A stretch of 64,000 nucleotides of DNA from Octopus sinensis (GCF_006345805.1 NC_043001.1:125860001-125924000); one strand, 5' to 3'. Shown: positions 1 through 12,312, counted from the first letter of the stretch. Translations and numbers: made by a program. Notes: generated by a model not told the origin, from the sequence alone.

Positions 1-360
1 AAAGTAAATGTTACTGCCTTTCACTTAGAAGGTGTTAATGGCAGCATGCTGAATTGACATATACACATACATGTATGAAGGTGTGTGGCCTGGTCATTAG
101 GGCATTGCATTCATGATTGTAAGATTGTGGTTTTAATTCCCATGCCGGATGTTGTGTTGTGTTCTTGAGCAAAAGACACTCCATTTCCTGTTGCCCCAGT
201 CCATTCAGCTGAAAATAGCTAGCAAATTAACCCTGCAATCAATGGACTGGCATTGCGTTCAGGGAGAAGTATTGCAATCTCAATCACTTACACACCATGG
301 GAACCAGGTTAAGCTTTGACCTTATGGGTCCCAAGGCTGATGGCAAACCTAAGAACTCCC

Positions 361-778
361 ATAGGCGCAGGAGTGGCTGTGTGGTAAGTAGCTTGTTTAC
401 CAACCACATGGTTCCGGGTTCAGTCCCACTGCATGGCACCTTGGGCAAATGTCTTCTACTATAGCCTCGGGCCGACCAAAGCCTTGTGAGTGGATTTGGT
501 AGACGGAAACTGAAAGAAGCCCGTCGTATATATGTATATATATATGTGTGTGTGTGTGTGTTTGTGTGTCTGTGTTTGTCCCTCTAGCATTGCTTGACAA
601 CCGATGCTGGTGTGTTTATGTCCCCGTTACTTAGCGGTTCGGCAAAAGAGACTGATAGAATAAGTACTGGGCTTACAAAAGAATAAGTCCCGGGGTCGAG
701 TTGCTCAATTAAAGGCGGTGCTCCAGCATGGCCACAGTCAAATGACTGAAACAAGTAAGAGAGTAAAGAGTAAAGAGT
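361..778 (+). mobile_element. tRNA-derived SINE, family A (~420 bp), full length
   Basis: A-box-like TGGCTGTGTGGTAAG, B-box-like GGTTCAGTCCC, internal TA/TG microsatellite and (GTAAAAGA)n tail. More than 15 copies in the window. Confidence 0.85.
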
Positions 779-1114
779 ATATAAGGTACATTCCCTTGCA
801 GTTTCCACCTACCAATTCCACTCACAAGGCATGTGTTGACCAAGGGTTATAGTATCCAGAACCCATAAACATTTCATTCACTAACAATCATAGTGTATAA
901 AACCATTTAAGGGGGAGTATAGTTAGATATTTTAGATTTTAGATTTTATCTAGTTTCAGCTCACGAGCTGTGGCCATGTGGTAAAAATTATATTAAGTAC
1001 TGTCACTTTGTCAAAATAATTGTAAATTTGAATGAATTCACTTATACTACATTATGTCCACACTTACCGTGTGCCTCTAACCAGTTTGTAACCCCTAGCT
1101 TGACCAAAATTTTG

Positions 1115-1755
1115 ATCTACTGGAAGCTGTCAGTCACTTGCCATATCCTGAATGTCTTGCTTCTCTGGACATTGATGACATGCTAAAGCATTAACGACTA
1201 CCAAGCTAACTTAGTAGAAGCTCACAAGATTACCCTCCAAAAGAATACCCTCCATCAGGCATTTGCCATATCCTGTACGCCTTACTTCCCTGGGCATGGA
1301 CACATTAAAACTCCGACGTTTGGCAGCTGACTTGGCAGACACCCATAAAATTATCAATCATCGTACAAACAATAACTCTGAACACCTTTTCAAACTCCAC
1401 CCATCTAACACCCGTGGACATATTTACAAAGTAAGAAAACAGCACAGCTCCCATAACTTCAGGAAACATTTTTTCACACTGAGAGTTGCTGAAGCATGGA
1501 ACAAACTGCCGGCATCAGTTGTTAGTTGTCGGAGCACTGCATCCTTCAAAACTTCCATGCTTTCTGAGATTCGCCAACACTACACTTGATTTTCTCCTCT
1601 CCATACACACACAAGCATGTATCTGACTCATACATTGTTCGCTTTCCAGACATTTCTACATTACTGCATGTACTTTATATGCACTTTCTGACAAGTTGTG
1701 GTGCACCTGAGCACTGTATACAATAATTTCATTATTATTATATTATTATTATTAT
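1115..1755 (+). mobile_element. CR1/L2-type LINE 3' end (RT C-terminal region) preceded by an older degraded copy of the same segment
   Basis: ORF 1263-1589 has RRLAADL...TRGH..K......R.HFF..RV...WNKLP..VV, typical of CR1/Jockey-group ORF2 ends, followed by an (ATT)n tail at ~1730-1755. Confidence 0.85.
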
Positions 1756-2009
1756 ATTTCCAACGATAACTTTGGCCACCTCTTTTGAATTTAATATCCC
1801 CACCATCGACGAACACGATTGTAAAATCAAAAAACATAACTTACAGAAACATTTTCTAATGATCAGCATGGAATAAACTACTCCTGTCAAGCTGGCAAGA
1901 CACAACATCCTTAAAATTTCCATGCTTCTTGAAATCCACCAACACTATTTTCTGTACTTTTCCCTCATTATGGCTCTTTCACAGTTCACATGTCTGTTGT
2001 TTTACATTT

Positions 2010-2435
2010 TATTCAATCGATCAACATCAATGGAAATTGCAGCTGTGATACCAGTGCCGGTGGAACGTAAGAGAACCATCCGAACGTGGCTGTTGCCAGC
2101 GCCGCCCTCACTGGCCTTGTGCCGGTGGCACGTAAAAAGCACCATCCGATCGTGGCCGTTGCCAGCCTCGCCTGGCCCCCGTGCTGGTAGCACGTAAAAA
2201 GCACCATCCGATCGTGGACGTTTGCCAGCCTCGTCTGGCACCTGTGCTGGTGGCACGTAAAAAGCACCCACTACACTCACGGAGTGGTTGGCGTTAGGAA
2301 GGGCATCCAGCCGTAGAAACATTGCCAGATCAGACTGGGCCTGGTGCAGCCTTCTGGCTACCCAGACCCCAGTTGAATTGTCCAACCCATGCTAGCATGG
2401 AAAGCGGACACTAAACGATGATGATGATGATGATG
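2010..2435 (+). mobile_element. Family C retroelement end (RTE-associated SINE-like) with internal ~55-bp tandem modules and (GAT)n tail
   Basis: Repeated TGCCGGTGGCACGTAAAAAGCACC modules, then GGTTGGCGTTAGGAAGGGCATCCAGC...CCATGCTAGCATGGAAAGCGGAC and (GAT)n. Many copies in the window. Confidence 0.75.
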
Positions 2436-3039
2436 AATGTGCCTACACTTTTGGTTATCATTGTTTTCTTTACTTGACTTATTGCTTTCTGTACCCTCTT
2501 TTATTCTTCTACTGAAAAGTTATAGTGTATTTGACTAGAGCATTACAGTAAGCTCATTATCATATAATTATTATTATTAAGGCAGCAAACTGGCAGAATT
2601 GTTAGCACATTGGACAAAATACTTAGTGGCACTTCATCCACCTTCCATTCCGATTTCGAATGCTGCCAAAGTCTGCTTGGCCATTCATCCTTTCAAAGTC
2701 AATGAAATAAGTACCAGTTGAGTACTGGGATCAATGTAACTGACTAGACCCCGCCTTCCACAAAATTTCAAGCCTTGTGCCTTGAGTAGAAAATATTATT
2801 ATTGAATGAGAGAGCAGCGCATGTCATCAAAGTGGCACTAGGGTACAAATATATGAAACCCAATATATCCATCATGATACCTGTTTGATAAGGATTAGGA
2901 TAATGAAATAGCTAAAGTATTCCATAGGACAATGACATCCCGGAGCTACTCATACCAAGCATATGAACAGCATATGAAATTGCAAGTGGGGCCCAGTTAG
3001 AATCTTCTTTAGGTCAAGTACCCCTTCTCACTCAAAAGG

Positions 3040-3900
3040 TGAGCTGGCAGAATTGTTAGCACGCCGGGCTAAGCACTTAGCAGTATTTTGTCTGCTGTTA
3101 CGTTGTGAGTTCAAATTCCACCGAGGTTGACTTTGCCTTTCATCCTTTCGGGGTCGATAAATTAAGTACCAGTTCTGCACTGGGGTCAATGTAATCGACT
3201 TAATACCTATGTCTGTCTTTGTTTGTCCCCTCTAAGTTTAGCCCCTTGTGGGTAATAAAGAAATAAGTATTTTGTCCCTCTTTATGGCCTGGGTTTAAAT
3301 TCTGCCAAGGTTGACTTTACCTTTCATCCTTTCGGAGTCGATAAATTAAATACCAGTGAAAAACTGGAGCCAATGTAATCGATTGGCCCCCCTCCCCAAA
3401 GATTGTTGCCTTTGTGGAAAAAATTTGAAATCATTATTATTTATTATTATTAAGCCAGTGAGCTGCCAGAATCGTTAGCATGCTAGATGAAATGCTTAAT
3501 GGTAGTGAGCTGGCAGAAACGTTAGCACACCAGGCAAAATGCGTAGCCATATTTCGTCTGCCGTTACGTTCTGAGTTCAAATTCCACCACGGTCGACTTT
3601 GCCTTTCATCCTTTCGGGGTTGATAAATTAAGTACCAGTTACGCACTGGGGTCGATATAATCGACTTAATCTGTTTGTCTGTCCTTGTTTGTCCTCTCTG
3701 TGTTTAGCCCCTTGTGGGTAGTAAAGAAATAGGTATTTCACCCATCGCTACATCCTGAGGTCAAATTCTGCTGAGATCAGCTTTGCCTTTCATCCTTTTG
3801 GGGTCAATGAAATAAGTACCAGTCAAGTGCTGGGGTCAATGTAATCAACTAGTCCCTTTCCCCAAATTTCAGGCCTTGTGCCTATAGTAGAAAGGGTTGT
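3040..3900 (+). mobile_element. Cluster of family B SINEs (GGCGAGCTGGCAGAA head; GTCGACTTTGCCTTTCATCCTTTCGGGGTCGATAAA core)
   Basis: About four tandem full or partial copies of a ~230-bp unit that recurs more than 15 times in the window. Confidence 0.8.
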
Positions 3901-3905
3901 TATTG

Positions 3906-3941
<36 letters not shown>

Positions 3942-5409
3942 TATTATTATTATAACTTAGTATATACAATAGTTAGTGATGGGTTGCATGGCAATGGTGA
4001 TTCAGATTGGCAAATTAGTGATTATAAACAATAACAAGAACAAAAGTATACAAAGTCAATGTGTTACTCTGCAAGGGTAAGGAAGTATCAATACTGTGTA
4101 TGAGTAGGCGTGAAAATTAACATTTTATAGAATAAATCACAGAGAAATTACATGCTCCTCATGCTGGCCAGAATAATTAAAATACTATTAACTACAGATA
4201 AAAAGTCATTGACTAATATCGTCTTTTCATCACTGCTTAATTATTTCTAATTGCCTTTTTAATGCTCACTTTTGCGTTAAAAATAGGCTAGCACTAACTT
4301 GTTTATTGTTTTTAATGTGGATGCAAGAGCTTTTAAGTGAGGGAGCAGACGTGGCTATGTGGTTAAGGAGTTCACTTCGTAACCATGTGGCTCCAAGTCC
4401 AAATCTTACTGCATGGTACCCTGGTCAGCCCAAGACCGTCAATCTATCATAGCCTCAAGCTAAGCAATACTTTTTTGAATGAAGTTTGATAAATAGAAAA
4501 TGTGTATCATCATCATTTAACGTCCGTTGTCCATGCTGGCATGGGTTGGACGGTTTGACTGGGCAGGTACACTGAAGGCTGTGCCAGGCTACAGTCTGAT
4601 TTGGCATGGCTTTCTATGGCTAGATGACCTTCCTAACACCAACCACTCTGACAAGGTAATGGGTGATTTTATATGCACAGGTGCCATTTGTGTGACACTG
4701 GTATCTCCCACAACTGCGATTTTGCTTGGCTTGATAATTCTTCTCAAGCAGGACATAATGCCACAGGTCTTGGTCATTGCCTCTGTTAGGCCCAACACTC
4801 AAAAGGAACTCGACCACTTTGCCCCCATGGAGCCCAACACTCGAAAGGAAGCCAGCCACGTAGCCTCTGTGATGCCCAACACACAAAAGGAACTCAGCCA
4901 TTTGCCTCCACCATCATTCAATGTTTGTTTTCTTTACTGGCATGGGTTAGACAGTTTGACAGGATCTGATGAGCCACAGGACTGCATTGAGTTCCAGGGT
5001 CAGCTTTGGCATAGTTTCTTCAGCTGGATGCCCTTCCTAACACAAACCGCTTTACAGTGTGTATGGAGTGCTTTTTTTTTTTTTTGTATCACAAGCACCA
5101 CTGAGGTTGCCAAGTAACTTATAAGACAGAAAAAAGAACAGGAAAAAAGCCTGCCTGATTAAGTGTTGGGCAGAGTATTTGGGGAGGTGGTTATATATTC
5201 TTTTACTTGTTTCAGTCATTTGACTGCAGCCAATGCTGGAGCACCACTTTTAGTCGAACAAATCTACCCCAGGACTTATTCTTTGTAAGCCTAGTATTTA
5301 TTCTATCAGTCTTTGCCGAACCGCTAAGTTACAGGGACTTAAACACACCAACATTGGTTGTCAAGCGATGGTGAGGGAACAAACACAGACACACAAACAT
5401 ATATATATT

Positions 5410-5970
5410 TTTGTATGTGTAACATAATAGTTTAGAAAAAAATCATTGGTTTCATATCTAGCGTGAACTAGACATTTCTTCAGTTTCTCTAAACGATAAC
5501 CATTCACTGTAAAGTATGTTTTTTTAAACACAACAACACCCATGATAGTTCAAGAAATATTCCTCTTAAAAAATTATGGATGGGCAAGTTGTCTTCCTTC
5601 GCTTGATAGCTAGGTTTTCCAATTTTGAAGTAAAAATTTGTGAAAATGTGGACAACTCCCCACAGTTTCCATCCTGGAGTTCAGGTAGCCTCCTGGCTCA
5701 TGTGAGTTCATGAGGATAATGTATCTTTCTGCCATACACAATTTACACAGTCTAGTTCCATTGCAATAGGGTCCACAAGTTTCCAGTAATTTCCACCCAA
5801 TGTTAAAGGGCGTATGATCATCCTTTAGGCGCCATATGTATGCTGTGAGTGCTGTTGCGTTGCGCCTCTCCGAGACCCTGAAAGAAGATCTGTGGGGATT
5901 CAGGCGAATTTTAAATTTGGATTCACAAGATCCGACATAAATTTTAGTGTGTGTCCCTGTGTTGGCATTG
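5410..5970 (-). mobile_element. Penelope-like element 3' fragment: GIY-YIG endonuclease C-terminus plus pLTR with hammerhead motif
   Basis: Stop-free frame 5966-5610: KIYVGSCESKFKIRLNPHRSSF...TALTAYIWRLK...IGWKLL...CKLCMAERYII...LNSRME...CPHFHKFLL*. Downstream CTGAAGA-stem-GAAAC at 5483-5449. Confidence 0.85.
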
Positions 5971-6370
5971 ATAGGCTTCTTTCAGTTTCCGTCTACCAAA
6001 TCCACTCACAAGACTTTCGTTGGCCTGAGGTTATAATAGAAGAAACTTGCCCAAGGTGCCACACAGTGGGACTGAACCTGGAACCAAATTTAGACATTTA
6101 CTCACTTCCATATGCTATTTCTTCATAAATATGTTTTCCCTTTTGTTCTTTCACTCTGTACATTCCACACATTTTCAATCAAACCTTCTGCAAATTAACA
6201 TGGAATCTCTTGACGACAATGTAACTTTCATTTAACTAAAGTATCTTTCACCTGACAAGTAGCTAGTGGATTACCACTTGTTTGGGTAATTACTACTTCT
6301 GACGTTCTGTTAGCTATGAAACATATGTAGCCTGGATTTTACTGGCTCCATATCCTAAATTTGGATTTTT

Positions 6371-6610
6371 ATTTGTTATTTCTCTATTGCCCAAAAGGGG
6401 CTAAACATAGAGGGAACAAACAAGGACAGACAAAAAGGATTAAGTTGATAACATCTACCCCAGTGTGTAACTGGTATCTAATTTATCGACCCCGAAAGGA
6501 TGAAAGGCAAAGTTGACCTCAGTGGAATTTGAACTCAGAACGTAATGGCAGACGAAATACTGCTAAGCATTTCGTCCGGCATGCTAATGTTTCTGCCAGC
6601 TTCCCACCTT
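6371..6610 (-). mobile_element. Family B SINE
   Basis: Reverse complement of the family B consensus. Confidence 0.8.
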
Positions 6611-6720
6611 TTTATTGAATTTTTATTTGTATACACAGCAACCCCAGCTGTTAACTGTGAACTATAAAATAACTTTATTAAGCTTATCAAACTCTGATAT
6701 TCTTTTTTTTTTTTTTTTTT

Positions 6721-7123
6721 TTTTACTTGTTTCAGTCATTTGACTGCGGCCATGCTGGAGCACCGCCTTTAGTTGAGCAAATCAACCACGGGACTTATTC
6801 TTTGTAAGCCCAGTACTTATTCTATCGGTCTCTTTTTGCCGAACTGCTAAGTGACGGGGACGTAAACACACCAGCATTGGTTGTCAAGCAATGCTAGGGG
6901 GACAAACACAGACACACAAACATACTCACATACATACATATATATATATATATACATATATACGACAGGCTTCTTTCAGTTTCCGTCTACCAAATCTACT
7001 CACAAGGCTTTGGTCGACCTGGGGCTATAGCAGAAGACACTTGCCCAAGATGCCACGCAGTGGGACTGAACCCAGAACCATGTGGTTGGTTAGCAAGCTA
7101 CTTACCACACAGCCACTCCTGCG
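6721..7123 (-). mobile_element. Family A SINE
   Basis: Full-length reverse-complement copy. Confidence 0.85.
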
Positions 7124-7430
7124 ATATGGGAAAAATTTATAACCTTTTATGTCAATAAACCACTATTGTTCCTGAGAGTTGTTTTTTATACCTTCTGCGG
7201 ACTGCTCAGAGCTTATTTAAGTCCTACACTTTGATCCTTAGATCCTACCATTTTCAGAGTTTGAAAAAGTAACTAAGCATATTCTATGGACAGGAAATTT
7301 AAACTGGAGAATCACTTTTTATGCACTGTATCAATACAATACAATATCACGTTAATCCTTCAGGAATGTTTCTACTAGTTTATTCATAAAAACAAAGGGA
7401 AATCCTGAACACAGGATCCAAAATACTTAC

Positions 7431-7529
7431 CCAGCCTCTCTGGACCCAGTCAATTAGATTTTGTAAATCTTCATCTTTTCGATAAGAAATAATCATTTTT
7501 CTTACTTGATCTTCTATCTGTGATTTTAC
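7431..7529 (-). CDS. Tetraspanin (TspanC8) next exon, start of large extracellular loop: VKSQIEDQVRKMIISYRKDEDLQNLIDWVQRGW
   Basis: 99-nt phase-0 exon. Acceptor ttcaattcatttcTAG, donor TGG|GTAAGT. Contains the TspanC8 signature YRxDxDLQNLID and joins in frame to the 36392-36466 exon. Not present in the supplied ORF track. Confidence 0.93.
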
Positions 7530-8579
7530 CTAGAAATGAATTGAAATCATTATTATTATCATTGTCACCATTATCTTCACAACTAGCAACCTCATCATCA
7601 TTAGTTCAATGTAGCTTTTGTTTCCAAACAGGTATAAAACAAGCAGGTTTGTCAGACCATACCAAAACATTCCCCAACATTCTTTGACTTGATGTATCTC
7701 CACAATTGATGTTTTTGCTGTGTAGCAGTTCACTTACTCATTTGCTATATATTTATATGACAGCACAGGCATGACTATGTGTTGCAAGTTCAGTTCCACT
7801 GCATGGTACCTCGGGCAAATATCTTCTAATATTGAGCTGGACCAACCAATATTTAGTAAACAAATTCAGAAGATAGACTGTATAGAGAGCCCAGTGTGTC
7901 TCTGTGTGTTTCATGCAAAAGTATTTAATAACTTTTCAAAATTTATCAGAAATATTAGTTTCAAATTTTGGTACAAGGCCAGCAATTTGGGAGAGGGTAA
8001 GTCGATTACATCAACCCCAGTACTCAACTGGTACCTATTTTATCGAACCCAAAATGATGAAAGGCAAAGTTGAACTCAGCAGTTACGAGCTTCATCCAGA
8101 ATGTTAACAATTCTGCCAATTCTGCCAGCTCTTTCAAACGTTAGCACGCTGGGCGAAATGCTTAGCAGTATTTCCTTTGTTTTTACATTCTGAGTTCAAA
8201 TTCCACCGAGGTCAACTTCGCCTTTCATCTTTTCAGGGTTGATAAATTAATAAACATACTGGTAGTGGGCTCAATCTAATAGGCTGGTCCCCTCCCCCAA
8301 AATTTTCGGGCCTTGTGCCTAGAGTAGAAAAGAATTCTGCTAGCCCTTGGCTTTACACACTGATAATATTAAGTTTAGAACACGCTAATTTTGATAACAA
8401 AAACCAGTTGACAAAATTATCCATGATTAAAGTGGCTTGTGTCTATATATATATATATATTCCGACGAAGAGCTCCGCTCGAAACGTTAAACCCACCTTC
8501 TTTCCTGAGCGTCCAATAATACTATATTTGTTCCACGTCCTTGCGTTGTGTTTTTTTGTGCTTTCTTGTTTGGATTAAC

Positions 8580-8624
<45 letters not shown>

Positions 8625-8960
8625 ACATTGTGTGTTGTGTGTGTGTGTGTGTGTGTGCACGTGCATGTTGACCTGGTGAATATCTGTACCAATGATACTA
8701 TCAGTCACTAACTAAGATATAAACAAAATATATGAACGACTGTAAATAAATCAGTTACACTAGAGTCAATAAGGCAGCCTCTACAGCCACTTTCCTTGCT
8801 AGAAACAACAACCAATTACACATGCACACACACACATACACACACAAATAACTGCCTTGAGAATGGAAGTACACAATAGATAATGCAATCCTAGATATAT
8901 TATTACGGAGATGTACTTGCATAGCAAGTGACTTGATCTGAGATCGTGTGCTGGAACGAA

Positions 8961-9230
8961 AACAATTGCAGCATGGAAGGTGTTTATAAGCCATTTAAGA
9001 AAAACACAAAAACCGTTAGATTCACTCCAACATTTAAATTAAATTTGTCAAAATATTTTCGTCGCTTTAAGAACGCGACCTGTTCGCAGCACGGATTTTG
9101 TCAGTGAACAGGTCGCGGTCTTAAAGCGACAAAATTATTGTGACAAATTAAATTTAAATGTTGAAGTGAATCGAACAGCTTTTGTGTGTTTCTTAAATGG
9201 CTCACAAACACCTTCCACGCTGCAATTGTT
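8961..9230. repeat. Inverted repeat, ~125-bp arms with 20-nt spacer (Penelope pLTR-like)
   Basis: Arm 8961-9085 is the imperfect reverse complement of 9106-9230. Confidence 0.8.
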
Positions 9231-9240
9231 ATATATATTA

Positions 9241-9627
9241 CTAGCAGTATCGCCCGGCGTTGCTCAGGTTTGTAAGGGAAATAACTATAAAGCATTTTTA
9301 GAGAGTTATAGCCAAAAAATAGCAAAAAAAATGGGGGAAAAAATGATGGTAAATTTTTTTTGAGAGTTAAAAAAGGTGGAGTTTCGTTCCCTAGACAGTC
9401 TGTGGTTTGTGTTTCTGATTCTCGACCCCATGTCGAATTTATCGATTTTTTTCAGAACTGGGGGAACTTTTCAAAATTTTCGCTGCGTTAGTTTTGAATT
9501 ATGACATTGGGCTATGTGTGTGTCAAGTTTCATCAGAATCGGTTGAAAGCCGTGGTAGAGAGTGAGGGTACGAGAAAACAGACACACAGAAAACGCACAG
9601 ACAAACTGCCGTTTATATAGAGATAGA
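9241..9627 (-). mobile_element. Non-autonomous Helitron, subfamily 1 (~387 bp)
   Basis: 5'-TC and 3'-CTAG ends, GC-rich sub-terminal hairpin CC(T)GAGCAACGCCGGG, inserted between A and T, no TSD. Confidence 0.8.
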
Positions 9628-9761
9628 TAGATGCTTGAAGAAAAAGACAGGATGGCCATGAGCAGAATGCCCTTCTGTGAGACTTGAAAATTAACAAACA
9701 ACACTAACTTCAGCTACTAAACTTTGCAGATGCACAGATTTGGGCAAGTACTATTTACTAT

Positions 9762-10132
9762 TTTACTTGTTTGTCATTTGACTGCGGCCATGCTGGAGCA
9801 CCGCCTTTAATCGAGCAACTCGACCCCGGGACTTATTCTTTTGTAAGCCCAGTACTTATTCTATCGGTCTCTTTTGCCGAACCGCTAAGTAACGGGGACA
9901 TAAACACACCAGCATCGATTGTCGAGCAATGCTAGGGGGACAAACACACACACGCATATATATACATATTTACGACGGGCTTCTTTCAGTTTCCGTCTAC
10001 CAAATCCACTCACAAGGCTTTGGTCGGCCCGAGGCTATAGTAGAAGACACTTGCCCAATGTGCCACGCAATCAGACTGAACCCGGAACCATGTGGTTGGT
10101 AAACAAGCTACTTACCACACAGCCACTCCTGT
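9762..10132 (-). mobile_element. Family A SINE
   Basis: Reverse-complement copy. Confidence 0.85.
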
Positions 10133-10961
10133 GCCTAACCCTAACCCTAGAGAAGAGAACTTAGGAGTAGGAAACTTTTTTTTTTTTTTTTTGGAAAATA
10201 GGGATTAAATGTTGATGATGAAGATGACAATGAAAGTACGGGGATATAGATGTATTGGCACTGAACCAGATTTGTATAAGTATTCATTATGTTTCCATCT
10301 CCTATTTAATCCATTATATAATCAAATGAGATATTTAACCCAATAATAATTAATGAAAAAGTTAAAAGAGAGTAGGGAGATATTCTTTCTCTCTATAGGT
10401 GTGGTCAGTGTAAAAAGTGCATGGCCTAGTGGTTTAACATATTGCACTTACAATCGTATGGTCATCGGTTCAATTTCTAGATCTGTCACTTTGAGCAAAG
10501 CATTTTTTTTTTTATTTCATTTTGCCCCACCCTACTCAGCTGAAAGTGAGCACCAGCACAATGCTGGCACAGTCATCTCCCCACCCCCACTTCCACTCTA
10601 ATTTCCACATCTTGGATGTTGGAATGTGACAACTGGATGCAGCTTTTCAGATGCTGGTGTTTTGGTGTGGCTGACTGAACATTGGAACTTGTTTTGGTGA
10701 CAGTACTTTTTGGCACCAGAGGCACACACACACACACACCACACACACACACACACACATGCAAGCAAGCACACAAAAATATACATATACAGATGAGAGA
10801 GAGACAGGCAGACAAACATTACAATCCATTAACTGAACTTGAGTGACATTAACACTTTCTCTCTCCTCATACATATAAACAGAGAGAAAAGTCAGACGGA
10901 AAGAGAGAGGGAGAGAGAGAGAGAGAATGTGAGGATGAGGAGAGTATTTCTTTATTCACCA

Positions 10962-11356
10962 CTAGCAGTATCACCCGGCATTGCTCGGGTTTGTAAGGGA
11001 AATAACTATAAAGCATTTTTAGAGAGTTATAGCCAAAAAATAACAAAAAAAATGCATTAAAGATGGGAAAAAAATGGTAAATTTTTTTTTAAATCGTTGA
11101 CTCATCGTAGACATTTTTAGAGAGTTACTTCCCTTATATAATAGCGAAAAAATGCATTGAAATGGAAAAAAAAGATGGTAAATTATTTTTAAAATCGTAG
11201 ACTCATCGTAGACGCGCGCTAATACCCAGAAGGGCTCGATATGAATCACGACTATAAGATACCGGGTTTTGGTTAAACTGCACCGCAAAATGTGGGAGTA
11301 GTTAGGAATCTAAATCGTAGGAGACAGATGCACAACCTTACTTTTATATATAAAGA
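10962..11356 (-). mobile_element. Non-autonomous Helitron, subfamily 2 (~395 bp)
   Basis: Same 3' CTAG/hairpin end as subfamily 1 but a different 5' half (TCTTTATATATAAAA); A|T insertion. Confidence 0.78.
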
Positions 11357-11514
11357 TAAGGTTGAGAAAAAGAGGGGACAAAACAAACGTTGGGGTCAGG
11401 GTATCGAATGAGACGAAATGTATGAATGAGTAAAACATTAAACCATTTAATGTTAAATAAATCAGCAATGCATCAAGGGTGCCAAAACAGGGAGACCAAA
11501 ACAGCTGCAGCAAA

Positions 11515-11747
11515 CCTATTTCTTTACTACCCACAAGGGGCTAAACATAGAGGGGACAAACAAGGACAGAGGAATGGATTAAGTTGATTATATCGACCCC
11601 AGTGCGTAACTGGTACTTACTTAATCGACCCCGAAAGGATGAAAGGCAAAGTCGACCTCGGCGGAATTGAACTCAGAACATAGCGGCAGACGAAATACGG
11701 CTACGCATTTCGCCCGGCGTGCCAACGTTTCCGCCAGCTCACCGCCA
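11515..11747 (-). mobile_element. Family B SINE
   Basis: Near-consensus reverse-complement copy. Confidence 0.82.
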
Positions 11748-12312
11748 CTGCAGCAAACCATCTCTTACTCCTTAGCTATAATGCTGGATTGAGTATAGGG
11801 GTACTGAGAAGCAGCCTACGTCTGCTAGTGAACCACATTAGGCACCTAAAGCAATAACTAAAAGCATGGAACACATAAAAACAAAAAACTCATGCTCATT
11901 TGTGAGTGATGGCTGGGCCTGTTTATGTGTGGCCAGAAATTGAATAGGTTTTTTACACTGACTATTGTAACACTAACAGAAATTGCTTGCGTTGCTATGT
12001 AAACAATCGTGTGAAAGTATTTCTATTGCCGTGTGGCTTTCACATAACTGGTTTTGTTTTTATGTATTGCCCATAACTAAGCCGCATGTATATCCAAATA
12101 AACTGATAAAAGGACAAAAAATTTTCAATAACAAAGAAGAAAAAATGAATAAAGGTATAGTAATCATTAATAAAACAATTTGGACTTTCTAACTTCATTA
12201 ATTCGAATTACCTGAGCAGACAGATGAAGTAATCAATAAAATCAGAGGTATATAACTTCTTTATTTATTTATTTATTTTATTTTTGTGGGAATCAATGGT
12301 TGGGTATGTTAA

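Noticed and set aside
397-808. Recurrent MSSNARGT.../ML..QTQTH... ORFs across the window
   Set aside because: All fall inside family A SINE copies; they are chance frames of a non-coding repeat.
1-7430. Search for the downstream CCG-motif exon
   Set aside because: No minus-strand CCG codon run with splice sites found; presumed to lie beyond the window start.
10134-10150. CCTAACCCTAACCCTA telomere-like motif
   Set aside because: Only about two units; too short to call an interstitial telomeric array.
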